DNA of 64,000 bases from a bacterium (lineage in GTDB: Archaea > Thermoplasmatota > E2 > JACPAO01 > JAHFTW01), in the NCBI GenBank assembly GCA_040390065.1, contig JAZJZE010000009.1, positions 224,001 through 288,000 of the forward strand, written 5' to 3'. A program made the position numbers and the translations under genes. A model generated the notes under the pieces. It saw only the letters and a list, made by a program, of their open reading frames with translations. It was not told the origin of the DNA and did not search any database. Shown one piece after another: positions 16,301 to 25,048 of this stretch. The first letter of the stretch is position 1; the number at the start of each line of letters is the position of its first letter.

Positions 16301-17148
16301 CGCGCCTCCGTTTCCTTGTGCTTGTCCTTGAGCGCCGCAAGCTCCGCGCCGTGCTTCTCGCGTTCCTTGCTGAAGCGCTCGATCTCGGTGTGCAGGTGGG
16401 CGATCTGGGCGCCCACGTCGTCGCGGCGCCGCATGGCCATGAGCCCCTTGCAGCGCTTGATGCCGTCCTGGAGGTCGCGGTAGCGCTGCGCCGAGTCCTT
16501 CTCCTTGTCCAGCTGGTCGAGGCTGCGCTTCAGTTCGTCGAGGACAATGCCGATGCGTTCCAGGTTCGCCTGCACGTCGCTGCGGCGGTTCTCGGCGGAG
16601 GCGAGGTCGCGGTCGAACGTCGTGACGCCTGCGATGTCGTCGAGGATGCGGCGGCGGTCGACGGGCGTCATATTGCAGATGGATTGCACGTCGCCTTGCA
16701 GCGTGATGTTGTAGCCGTCGGCGCTGATGCGGGCGTGGTCCAGCAGGTCGACGAATTCCTTCTTCTGCGAGCCGCGGCCGTTGACGTAGAAGTACGAGTG
16801 GCAGCCGTCGGGCGACTCGTCGCTCGGGGCGCGCTTGATGCGTCGCGTCAGGACGACGGTGTCTTCCTCGACGGGCATGATGCGGTCCGTGTTGTCGAAC
16901 ACCAGGGAGACGGAGGCGGCCTCCGCCGGCTTGCCCTCCTTGCCGCCGTTGAAGATCAAGTCGGACAGGCTCTTCGCTCGCATGGCGCGCGGCGAGTTGG
17001 GGCCGAGGACGAACATGATTGCGTCGCCGATGTTGGACTTCCCCGAGCCGTTGGGGCCCGTGATGGCCGTGAAGCCGGGCTCGAAGGGCACGGTAAACTT
17101 GCCCTTGAAGGTCTTGAAATTCTCCATGTGCACTTCGCGCAGGTGCAT
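13369..17148 (-). CDS. smc: Chromosome segregation protein SMC
   Basis: NFKTF, Walker A GPNGSGKSN, coiled coils, hinge (GVIGTVAEL...GRVTLLPLN), LSGGEKS and FDEVD. The start was trimmed to MHLREV. Confidence 0.97.
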   Translation of the reverse strand: MHLREVHMENFKTFKGKFTVPFEPGFTAITGPNGSGKSNIGDAIMFVLGPNSPRAMRAKSLSDLIFNGGKEGKPAEAASVSLVFDNTDRIMPVEEDTVVLTRRIKRAPSDESPDGCHSYFYVNGRGSQKKEFVDLLDHARISADGYNITLQGDVQSICNMTPVDRRRILDDIAGVTTFDRDLASAENRRSDVQANLERIGIVLDELKRSLDQLDKEKDSAQRYRDLQDGIKRCKGLMAMRRRDDVGAQIAHLHTEIERFSKEREKHGAELAALKDKHKETEARFAELEAKIRAEGGAEVEALQDRMKAARDEMVRLEERINFAKGELATAHESSGPMADELRRIERDLSKTKALEAECGKEHAQTTQALELRKKELDGARDLISKGDTNAMQINRELVALKQEHEAKQTELHEAKLESDRVAERAKAVAKALAEATQQDEAVDTDLKESSWQLKELRGTAGGAGKKRKDAEKRLFELRKAQAEFGKQAEELEMRIRRLQRDLADLRANEEAAARAQGGYGQAVQDVLSARDKREIKGVIGTVAELAKVDKKHSEAMQIAAAGRLQAIVVEDDSVAAQCIDLVKRRQSGRVTLLPLNKMVPGRPSGQALMKVKEQGCLGFALDLIEFNPRYQNAFWHVFQDTLVADTMANGRRMMGGVRIVTLDGELFEKSGAMTGGKQSKGKGDDIQFTNADRGRMDELLGEIAKAEEAQQEAVAKAAAARKELDDLQAALAAEGAAGASQEDRLKELERKVTALEERKQVLAKEQTALAKDGRDTEAASAKLAKATATLEERLAQLEKLRQDKGQLLLKGTRKDLRERVEKLEAEVRELTEAALKAENRRQVAATQLQLVAARRDEVAAQIDGGSGSAAKLAEDVKKFTAAYGKAKAEVEAILKMEKKATGALKGLNEQRDRAYKDLTDLKARIDKVADRMETHFGLVTNAKSKLPLLEEALGDAKLELQENPVEVKAGEDVPPIEDLKRELRNQESALDRLGPVNQTALEQHDAQSARAKELKDEVARLENQKGELLKLVDEIATNKKAALMTVLTAVNEQFASVYGLLTKGGKAYLELENEKAPFDGGLILKAQPPEKKVTRIDSLSGGEKSLTSMAFIFAIQRYDPSPFYYFDEVDQNLDAVNSEFLARMIKDNARFAQFIVVSLRKITLKEASHIYGVTQVRPGVSEIIARFDLDTLPSEGDVGASGAGGDDGDGGGHDVTQGFDGEGGQATKKKAKAKEKPKAAKETTITQLMERAVSVEVKP

Positions 17149-17389
17149 TTGAGGCCACCAATGGGCCGGGCTGACCGTCGCCTTGGCCCGCGCTGGAGCC
17201 ATGGCTTGGCGTGCATCCCGTATCCCGTTTCTCCGACCCTGACGGCCCCCTATAAGGGTACCGAGAACCCCTTCGTTTCCGTTGGAGGACCGTCAATGAC
17301 TATATGGTAGATTGTTATCTGATTGGATGCCGATTGTTGCTTCGACGAGAAATGGGGGTTCCCCGATGGGTTCATCGTTTCCCCCTTCC

Positions 17390-17484
17390 GCCCCCGGCGG
17401 CCCACGCGCGCGGCTTCGCGTCGCGCGCTTGCCACTCCCTCGCGCCGCCGGCTTCGCTTCGGCGGGCTCGCCCCGGCCGGGGGC
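17390..17484. repeat. Dispersed ~95-bp GC-rich hairpin repeat (REP/MITE-like), copy 1
   Basis: It begins gcccccggcggccc and ends gctcgccccggccgggggc. Related copies are at 41977-42067, 46127-46225 and 46826-46916. Confidence 0.75.
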
Positions 17485-17636
17485 CCTCCGCTTGGCCTCT
17501 TTCGATTGCGCCATGCAAGTCGCCGCCGTCGGAGGATTGACGAATCGTGCGGTGGACGTTGACCCGCAGGAATCCGGGCGGCGGCGCCTCGCCCCCGATT
17601 GGGGCCTGTCGATGTCCCCCTGAACCGTTCATCTAC

Positions 17637-18224
17637 ATGCCTTGCCTGCCGCGCAGCGTGGCCTTCCTCAAGCCCGACGACACGCCTGACGTGGCCTACG
17701 AGTTCTTCGCGCCCTTCGCCCACGTCGAGGGCAAGTACGAGTGGTGCCGCATCCGCAGCCCGACGCACGGCGTCTTCGATTGCTTCATCCTTCTCGGAGC
17801 GACGACGTCCGTCCCCGCCACGGTCTACGTGAACTCCGTCCTCGGCCAAGCCTTCATGCGTGAACGCTACCCCGAATGCGCGACCATCCGCGTCAATCCG
17901 GGCCAACTCAAGGTCGACGAGTCCCCCGACGGGCGCACGGTGACGGGCACTCTCTCGACCACCGAAGGCCCTGTGCGCGCCGCGAGCATGACCCTGCGGG
18001 CGCCCGCCGCGGCCATCCCCACAGCGGTCCCCTACGGCGGCGAAGGCAAGCCCGTGTGGGGCGGCCGCTGGACCTGCTGGGGCGTCGACCTCAACGTCGC
18101 CGGCTCCTGCGACGGCTCCATCGAGCGCCAGGATGGCAAGCGCGTCGTGCTGCGTGGCACGCCGTGCATCGTCACCCTCGGCTCCTTCGCGCGCATCGCG
18201 CCATTGCCAAAATCATCGGCCTAG
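17637..18224 (+). CDS. Hypothetical protein
   Basis: GC3-biased ORF with normal globular composition, start MPCLPR, convergent overlap with the next gene's stop. Confidence 0.7.
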   Translation: MPCLPRSVAFLKPDDTPDVAYEFFAPFAHVEGKYEWCRIRSPTHGVFDCFILLGATTSVPATVYVNSVLGQAFMRERYPECATIRVNPGQLKVDESPDGRTVTGTLSTTEGPVRAASMTLRAPAAAIPTAVPYGGEGKPVWGGRWTCWGVDLNVAGSCDGSIERQDGKRVVLRGTPCIVTLGSFARIAPLPKSSA

Positions 18225-20566
18225 CGGCTGCGGCGCACCATCACGACGGTGACCACGACCGCCAGCACCAGTGCCGCGGCGCCAGCCGCCAGCATGACGG
18301 CCAGAAGTCCGTTACCGCCTTGGGCGGGGGCTGCAAGGCCCGCGTCCGTCGACTCAAGAGGCGCGCTTGCGCCAGGACCGCCCGCGGCGGCGAGGTCCTT
18401 GCCGTCGCACACGTCGCCCACCTGGTTGCCGTTGGCATCCAACTGGTCCACGTTGGCCACCGTCGCGCAGTTGTCGGCTGCGTTGGGCACGTTGTCGCCG
18501 TCGATGTCGCTGTCGCAGGCGTCGCCTTCGCCGTCCGCATTCATGTCGGGCTGGTCACCATTGGACGTCTCAGGGCAGTTGTCACGGGCGTTCAGGATCC
18601 TGTCGTTGTCCATGTCCGTGTCGCACGCGTCGCCGACGGCGTCGAGGTCCAGGTCATCCTGGCTCCCGTTGGCAACGAAGACGCAGTTGTCTTGCGCGTT
18701 CAGGATGCCGTCGCCGTCGATGTCTGCGCCAGCGACTGCGGGGTCGACGCCGTCATGCGGCGGGCGCGGCGCGTGGCCGTTGTCCTGCGAGATGGTCGGC
18801 AGCAGACAAGCGTCGCCAACCGTGGCCGTCACAATCTGCGTCTGCTTGGAGACGAAGCCGTTGTCGTCCGTGATGGTCAACGTGACGCTGTAGTCGCCCG
18901 CTCCGGGGTACGTGTGCGTTGGACTTTGCTCATCGCTGGTCGTACCGTCGCCGAACTCCCAGGCCCAGCTGTTGATGGCACCCGTTCCCTTGAGGCTGCC
19001 ATCGATGAAGTGGATGGGATGAGCCCCGCAAACGAGGGAGGGGTCCGTCCACTTGAAACTCGCCCCGGGCGGCAACGGCGGCGGCACCACGAGGGGCGTT
19101 CCACCGAAGGCGTCGTAGAAGTAGGACGTGTAGAAGCCGAGGCCGAGCATCTGGCTTGTAATCGGAATCCCGGGCGGCGCCGCGATGAGGTACGTCGCAC
19201 CGGCTTGGCTCGGAATGAACTTCGTGAAGCACGAATACCCCGAACTGCCGATGGGGCGCTCCACGGCAGGGAACGGAATGGGGGCGCCGCCGTCCGTGGC
19301 GATCGTGATGGGCGTGCCGCCTGGGGCGCCGACGTAGATGGTCGTCTCCCACGTCGGGTCGGCGTACATCCAGTGCCCCGAGGTGGAGCGGTCGATGGCG
19401 GAGATTTCCACGTACGACGGGTCACCGTAAGCGGTGTTGGCGTTGTAGACTTGCGCGAGGGAACCGATCGGGTTGCTGGCGCCAGTCTGGTGCGGCGGCA
19501 CGTCGCTGCGGGCCAGGTACTGCACGACGTGGATCTGGTCCGACGCCGTCACGACCGTGTCGGTGTTGAAGCGGAACAGGCTGTACGTGCCCGGGGTGAC
19601 CGTCGCCGTGGTCGTGCCGCCAATGGCGGGCCTGGCGAACATGATGGTCGTCGGGCCGTTCACGGCACGGATCTTCAGCCAGTCAAGCTGTCCCGTGCCG
19701 CTCTGCTGCGCCGAGCACATGACGTACACCTTGCCGGTGACCGCGTTGGGCAGCATCTGCTCGTTGATGGTGTCGCAGCTGCCGTCTTCGAGGGACAGGC
19801 AGTTGGAGCCGGCGTAGACGGCGCAGGAGGTGGAGCACTTGATGCTGGAGCCGGTGAGGTCGGCGGGCGGGCAGGCCAAGACCGCAATCACGCACGTGAT
19901 GTCGCCGTCCTTCGCCGTGACGTGCAGAGCCCAGCCGCGGTTGACCGTGTAGCCATAAGGTGTACCGGGAACCATGGGCGGCACGGTGACGCCCGACGCC
20001 ACCGTGCCCGCGGTGGGGACGGAGACCATGACCGTCACGGTTGTCGAGTCCTTGATGGCGACGACGGTGAAGTAGGCGGGGTTCGGGTTGAGGTACGCGA
20101 TGCTGTTGGCGGCGGTCGCCACGACGTAGTCCTTGCCGAGCTTGCTCTCAGGCAAGAGGCGCGTCGCATCGGTGGTTGCGCTGACGCCGTAGACTGCGGT
20201 CGTCTGCATGACCGAGAAGTCGTTGTCCGAGGTCGTGACGAGGTAGGTCGCCTTGTTGGAAAGTTGCGTGAAGTCGTAGGCGTCGCCGAAACTGTATTGG
20301 TTCGTCGTGGCAAACGGGACAGGCCCGCCTCCGACTGGGACCAGGCCGGCTTTCAGGTATTGCACGGTTCCGATTCCCGAACCCAGGAGGCCGGTGCCGT
20401 GATACGTCGTCGAGATGACCGTCGTCGGCTGGCCGTCGACTTCGTACGTGGGCAGGCCGATGCCCCAGTAGTTCTCGGCGCTCGCGTGATGCGGCAGGAC
20501 CAACAGGACGACTGCGACGCCGGCGGCCGCAACAAACAGGGTTGCAAGAGGGACTCGTGAATCCAT
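18221..20566 (-). CDS. Surface protein: IgGFc-binding-like N-terminal domain + PKD + thrombospondin type-3 repeats + C-terminal TM anchor
   Basis: LLPESKLGKDYVV / FTVVAIKDSTTVTV / DLTGSSI / CDTINEQMLP / GDPS (IgGFc-like), WEFGDG...PTHTY (PKD), DGDG...DNC...NxxQxDxDxDxxGDAC repeats, TM + RRSR. Confidence 0.85.
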   Translation of the reverse strand: MDSRVPLATLFVAAAGVAVVLLVLPHHASAENYWGIGLPTYEVDGQPTTVISTTYHGTGLLGSGIGTVQYLKAGLVPVGGGPVPFATTNQYSFGDAYDFTQLSNKATYLVTTSDNDFSVMQTTAVYGVSATTDATRLLPESKLGKDYVVATAANSIAYLNPNPAYFTVVAIKDSTTVTVMVSVPTAGTVASGVTVPPMVPGTPYGYTVNRGWALHVTAKDGDITCVIAVLACPPADLTGSSIKCSTSCAVYAGSNCLSLEDGSCDTINEQMLPNAVTGKVYVMCSAQQSGTGQLDWLKIRAVNGPTTIMFARPAIGGTTTATVTPGTYSLFRFNTDTVVTASDQIHVVQYLARSDVPPHQTGASNPIGSLAQVYNANTAYGDPSYVEISAIDRSTSGHWMYADPTWETTIYVGAPGGTPITIATDGGAPIPFPAVERPIGSSGYSCFTKFIPSQAGATYLIAAPPGIPITSQMLGLGFYTSYFYDAFGGTPLVVPPPLPPGASFKWTDPSLVCGAHPIHFIDGSLKGTGAINSWAWEFGDGTTSDEQSPTHTYPGAGDYSVTLTITDDNGFVSKQTQIVTATVGDACLLPTISQDNGHAPRPPHDGVDPAVAGADIDGDGILNAQDNCVFVANGSQDDLDLDAVGDACDTDMDNDRILNARDNCPETSNGDQPDMNADGEGDACDSDIDGDNVPNAADNCATVANVDQLDANGNQVGDVCDGKDLAAAGGPGASAPLESTDAGLAAPAQGGNGLLAVMLAAGAAALVLAVVVTVVMVRRSR

Positions 20567-20699
20567 ACCCAACACTCAATCGACGACCGACCTCGTGGTA
20601 CTTAGGGATTATCCTGCACGACGACGGGCGGTTGCCTTTGGCTGCGAATTCCGCACCATGGTTCCCAATTATCGAGTCGCCTCGTGCCGGCGGGGCGAC

Positions 20700-20951
20700 C
20701 TAGGTGCGCTCGATGCCGAAAGCCACGTTCAGGTTCACCTTGTATTCGGTGATCTTGCCTTCGCTGCACTTCACGCTCATGTTGAGGACGTGGGCGCCGC
20801 TGATGCCGCGCGTGCTTGCGGCGGCATCCTTCAGGCAGTTGCGGATTGCGTCCTCGAAGGATTTCGTGGACGTGGACACGAGTTCGACGACCTTGGCCGT
20901 GCGGTGCTCGTGCTTGCTCGTGTGGTTGGTCATCGTCTGCGTCTTGGCCAT
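20700..20951 (-). CDS. Dodecin family protein
   Basis: AKVVELVSTSTKSFEDAIRN...ITEYKVNLNVAF. Confidence 0.88.
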   Translation of the reverse strand: MAKTQTMTNHTSKHEHRTAKVVELVSTSTKSFEDAIRNCLKDAAASTRGISGAHVLNMSVKCSEGKITEYKVNLNVAFGIERT

Positions 20952-21037
20952 GGGGTCGACCCGGCGAGGCAAAGCGCTCGGGCGTTGATAGCCTGTTCCC
21001 CGCGGCAAGCGCGCAGCGGCGCCGTGACGCGGGCCGT

Positions 21038-22021
21038 CTACGACAGGACGATGTCGAGCTGGTACGGCACGGGGCCGGCGTTGGTGTACTGGAACGAGCC
21101 AGCGGCGCCGTTGGCCTCGCAGCCGTCCTGCATGGCGCCGACCTGGACGCTCCACAGCCCCGACGAGTCCGTCGGGGACGTGAACGTCTCAGTGGCCTGC
21201 ACGGGGTCCACAGGGCTCGAGCTGCCCAGGGCGCCGGCCGAGCAAAGGAGGGGCGCGGCGTTGGGGTCGTACAAGCCGATGTCGACGTCCGTGCCGTCGC
21301 TTGGCGAGTAGGTGCCGTCGAACTTGGTCGTGGCTGTCACCGTGACGCCGGCGGGGAGGTCGACCGTGTACTTGTCGACCATCGAGTCGCGGCTTGCGCC
21401 GCCCGGGGGGCTGACGCCAGCCGCCGAGACCTTCTGCGGCTGCACTTCGCCCGTGATCGTCCAGTGGACCTTGACCGTGCCCTTGAGGGGCGCGAAGACC
21501 GCCGCGGGGACCTTGTCGTCGGCGGATGCGTACAGGGCGGCCACGACGACGATGGGGCCGGCGACCGGCATCTGGGTCTCTAGCATCTCGTTGGCCGGCC
21601 GCATCGTGACCGTGGTGTTGCCGCCGACGGCGACGCCCCACATCACGGTGTAGCCCGCGAGCTGGTCGAACTCCTTGATGCGCACATCGAGGCGCGACGC
21701 GTTGGCGCCCGACAGGGCCGTCGTTTCGCCGCCGCCGCCCATCGGAGCCGCGCCCGCCATGGTCGGGCCTGCGATGGCGGGGACCGTGGTCTCGCCGCCG
21801 ATGGTCGTGCCCCAGTCGCCTTCGTTGATGCGGGCCTGCAGGTGCATGCCGCCGATCAGGAGGAAGGGCGTGCCGTTGTACTCGGCAGGGGAGCCATCGG
21901 GCAGGGATGTCGCGGCATCGGCGCCGAAGACGTCGGAGAGGGCTGGCTTCTCGTTGCTGGCGCAGCCGGCCAGAAGGGCGGTTGCCAGGAGGCTGGCGAT
22001 GAGGAGGCGAATCGGGGCCAT
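21038..22021 (-). CDS. Lipoprotein with a C-terminal PPC-like beta domain
   Basis: Lipobox LLAGC; DVDIGLYDP and GLWSVQV motifs. Confidence 0.75.
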   Translation of the reverse strand: MAPIRLLIASLLATALLAGCASNEKPALSDVFGADAATSLPDGSPAEYNGTPFLLIGGMHLQARINEGDWGTTIGGETTVPAIAGPTMAGAAPMGGGGETTALSGANASRLDVRIKEFDQLAGYTVMWGVAVGGNTTVTMRPANEMLETQMPVAGPIVVVAALYASADDKVPAAVFAPLKGTVKVHWTITGEVQPQKVSAAGVSPPGGASRDSMVDKYTVDLPAGVTVTATTKFDGTYSPSDGTDVDIGLYDPNAAPLLCSAGALGSSSPVDPVQATETFTSPTDSSGLWSVQVGAMQDGCEANGAAGSFQYTNAGPVPYQLDIVLS

Positions 22022-22042
22022 GGCCGTCGCACCAGGGGGTGG

Positions 22043-23698
22043 TCAAAAAGCCTTGGCGTCGCCAGGAGGCGGAGCCGGCAGGGGCGGAATGGCGAATTGC
22101 TTCGCCTCGACGAGGTAGGCCTGCCACTCGGCCGCCTGGCGCTTTGCGTCCCAGCCGAGCAAGTCGGCCATCCAGGTGAGCGCGGCCTGCGCTGGACCCG
22201 GGTTGCCGTCGTGTTGCAAGCCGAGGTCCGTGCGGCGCAGCAGGGCGTCGCCGAGGTGCAGGGCCTGCTCGCTGCGCACGGCGTAGGTGACCTCGCAGCC
22301 GAGGTGCGGCGCATCCATGTGAAGGGCGCGGCGCGCCCCCGGCCGCGCATCGCAGGACACGACGTCACGCCACGTTGCACCGTACGTTGCCAGCAGGCGC
22401 TCGGCCGTGGCGGAGGCAAACCCCATGCCACTCGCCTCCGCCAGGGCGTTGGCGCGGAAGTCCTGCCATGCGCCCTCGGGGCACCCGATGTAGGGCGTGG
22501 TCAGTGTCGGATGCGTCCGGGCCTGCGCTTTGCGGCCGAGGCTGCGCGCAACGCGGTCGACCGTCTCCTGCGCAAGCCGCCGTGCAGTCGTGATCTTGCC
22601 GCCCTGCAGCGTCCAGAGGCCGTCGACGTCGTCGCGGCGGGCGTGGTCGTAGATGACGTGGCGACGCGTGACGTTGGATTCCGTCACGCCAGGTTGGTTG
22701 ACGAGGGCCCGCACGCCGGCGTACGTGTACTGGAGGCGGTCGAGCGGCGCGTCCGGGAAGTATTCGCGCGCCGCATTGGTGAGGTAGGCGACATCGGCGG
22801 CGTCGGCGACGGCGTCGTACGGGTCGCCTTCGTAGTCGGTGTCCGTCGTGCCGACGATGGAATGCTGCTCCCAGGGCAGGACGAAGAAGCTGCGGCCGTC
22901 TCGGTTGCGCACCATGACCGCGACGTCGCAGAAGCGCGGCACCACGAGGTGCGTGCCCTTGGTCTTGCGCACTTTGGGCGGCAAGCCGTCGCCGAGCGGC
23001 CCCAGGACCTCGTCGACCCAGCAGCCGCTCGCGTTCACGACCGCGCGCGCCCGCACGGACCAGACCTTTCCGTCCTCGTCCTCGACGCGGGCGCCCGTCA
23101 CACGGCGGCGACCCGCCTCGCGCGAGAACTCCAGGAAATCGACGCGCGTGTGGTTCAAGGTCACGGCGCCTAGGGCCCGGGCCTCGACCACCATCTCCAC
23201 GATGAGGCGCTCGACGCGGCGGATCTGGCCGTCATAGAACGTGGCGGCCCCCGCGAGGTCGGCAGGGCGCAGGGCAGGTGCCAATGCCAACGTGGCGTCA
23301 CGCCGCAAGTAAGCGCGGCGCGGCAGGGACTTGCCGCGGCTTAGCAAGTCGTACAGCCACAATCCGATCCTGACCGTGCGCCGGGCGGCCACGTGCGGGT
23401 AAAGAGGATAGACGAAGCGCAGCGGGCGCACCAGGTGCGGGGCCTGCCGCAGCAGCAGCTCGCGTTCCTGCAGGGCTTCGTGCACCAAGGCGAACTCGAA
23501 CTGCTCGAGGTACCGCAGGCCGCCATGCGCAAGTTTGGAGGACTTGGCCGACGTCCCGGCACCCCAATCCCGCATCTCGACGAGGCAGACGGACAGACCG
23601 CGCAGCGCCGCGTCGCGCGCGATGGCAGCGCCGTTGACGCCCCCGCCCACGACGAGCACGTCGAAGGTCCGGCCGCTCGGGTCGTCGCCTTCGGGCAC
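22043..23698 (-). CDS. glpD: FAD-dependent glycerol-3-phosphate dehydrogenase/oxidase
   Basis: DVLVVGGGVNG, GTSAKSSKLAHGGLRYLEQ, KGTHLVV, GTTDT, YAGVRAL, GGKITTARRLA, LLRRTDLG. Confidence 0.93.
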   Translation of the reverse strand: MPEGDDPSGRTFDVLVVGGGVNGAAIARDAALRGLSVCLVEMRDWGAGTSAKSSKLAHGGLRYLEQFEFALVHEALQERELLLRQAPHLVRPLRFVYPLYPHVAARRTVRIGLWLYDLLSRGKSLPRRAYLRRDATLALAPALRPADLAGAATFYDGQIRRVERLIVEMVVEARALGAVTLNHTRVDFLEFSREAGRRRVTGARVEDEDGKVWSVRARAVVNASGCWVDEVLGPLGDGLPPKVRKTKGTHLVVPRFCDVAVMVRNRDGRSFFVLPWEQHSIVGTTDTDYEGDPYDAVADAADVAYLTNAAREYFPDAPLDRLQYTYAGVRALVNQPGVTESNVTRRHVIYDHARRDDVDGLWTLQGGKITTARRLAQETVDRVARSLGRKAQARTHPTLTTPYIGCPEGAWQDFRANALAEASGMGFASATAERLLATYGATWRDVVSCDARPGARRALHMDAPHLGCEVTYAVRSEQALHLGDALLRRTDLGLQHDGNPGPAQAALTWMADLLGWDAKRQAAEWQAYLVEAKQFAIPPLPAPPPGDAKAF

Positions 23699-23748
23699 GG
23701 GCCGGGGACGGCGATGCAGCCCTTAGCCGTAGCGCAGCGCGTCGGCGC

Positions 23749-24177
23749 TCACGATGGCAGCGTGACGGAGCGCGCAAGGTCGCGGGCACCAAGCGCCAGA
23801 CGTGCAAGGGCCGTGTCGGCTAGGCTCGACAACTCGACGCGCGGGAACTTGGCCTGCGGGTCGAAGCCGGCGTCCGGCAGTTCCGGGCGCTCGTCGCACC
23901 ACGCCGTCCACGACGCCGCGGAGACGCCGTGGGCGTGCAGCAGGACGCGGGCCAACTCGAGGCGGGGAGAGGCTCCCGCGTGCAGCGTGCCGGCGGTGAA
24001 GGGCCGGCCTTGCGCATCTACGGCGACGAGGCGGATGGCCAAACGCCCGACTGCGAGGTTGCCGCCGCCGCCTTGCCAGGCGTGGGCGATGGTCCGCACC
24101 GGCAGGGCGACAGGCGGGTCGAGCCCTTGCAGGAAGCCGAGCAGCGCCGTTTCAGCCTGAACCTCGGGGGCTCCCAT
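23749..24177 (-). CDS. Hypothetical protein
   Basis: ORF co-oriented with and just upstream of glpD. No recognisable motif. Confidence 0.35.
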   Translation of the reverse strand: MGAPEVQAETALLGFLQGLDPPVALPVRTIAHAWQGGGGNLAVGRLAIRLVAVDAQGRPFTAGTLHAGASPRLELARVLLHAHGVSAASWTAWCDERPELPDAGFDPQAKFPRVELSSLADTALARLALGARDLARSVTLPS

Positions 24178-24331
24178 GCACCGTTTCCATGGCGGTGGCA
24201 CTTATGAGGCTATTCGGGTCAGGCAGGCTGCAGCGCAACCTGGGCGTGCCCAGGCAAGGGGATCCGGTTTGCGCCCGCCGCAATCGCATCGATGTCCGCC
24301 GATGGTCTCCCTGGCAGTTGCCGAAACGCTC

Positions 24332-25048
24332 ATGTTGTTCCACCTGGGTGCCCGCGTCGTGAAGGAAGCGCTCCTGGAGAAGATGGCGGGCGAGATCACG
24401 CTCTCTGCTGCACCGGGGCCCACCATCCGAAAGTGGCGCGAATCCTTCGAATTGTCGCAATCGGAACTGGCCGCCCGCCTGGACGTCAACCCGAGCGTCG
24501 TCTCCGACTACGAATCGGGCCGCCGCAAGTCGCCGGGCATCGGGACCGTCCGGCGCATCGTCGAAGCCCTCGTCGACCTCGACGCGCAGCGGGGCGGCCA
24601 CGTGCTTGCACGCTACCACAGCCTCCTGAACCCGACGGAGGGCATCCTGGCCATCGGAGAATATCGCCGCAGCGTGCCGGGGCCCGAATTCCTCGAACGC
24701 ATCGAGGGCCGCGCCCTCGTCATGGCCAACCTGGCGCAGAGGTCGGTGCAGGGGTACACGCTCATCGACTCTCTCAAGGCCATTGCGAGCCTGAACGCAA
24801 CGGACTACGTGCGCGTCTACGGCTGGAACACGCAGCGCGCCCTGTGCTTCACCGGCATCAAGTACGGCCGCAGCCCGATGATCGCCATCCGGGTGCACCC
24901 GATGAAGCCCAGCCTCGTCGTGTACCACCGCCCTGAGGACGTCGACAAGCTCGCGTACCGCCTGGCCGAGTACGAACAGATCCCGCTGCTGACCACGGAC
25001 CTCGACTTGGACGAACTGGAAGCGCGCCTTGCAAGCTTGGTCGGCTAG
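24332..25048 (+). CDS. Archaeal XRE-HTH transcriptional regulator (COG1709-like)
   Basis: KMAGEITLS...IRKWRESFELSQSELA...SVVSDYESGRRKSPG, GYTLIDSLKAI, YGRSPMIAIRV. The start is uncertain. Confidence 0.88.
   Translation: MLFHLGARVVKEALLEKMAGEITLSAAPGPTIRKWRESFELSQSELAARLDVNPSVVSDYESGRRKSPGIGTVRRIVEALVDLDAQRGGHVLARYHSLLNPTEGILAIGEYRRSVPGPEFLERIEGRALVMANLAQRSVQGYTLIDSLKAIASLNATDYVRVYGWNTQRALCFTGIKYGRSPMIAIRVHPMKPSLVVYHRPEDVDKLAYRLAEYEQIPLLTTDLDLDELEARLASLVG

Noticed and set aside
17230-17350. AT-richer stretch upstream of smc as an ncRNA or origin
   Set aside because: It is adequately explained as a divergent promoter region (TTATA near 17251-17255), and no further structure could be supported.
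18400-18730. Nucleotide-level repeats in the TSP3 regions (also 25220-25620) as DGR or tandem DNA repeats
   Set aside because: They are explained by protein-level DxDxDG/DNC repeats. There is no reverse transcriptase and no adenine-specific TR/VR pair.
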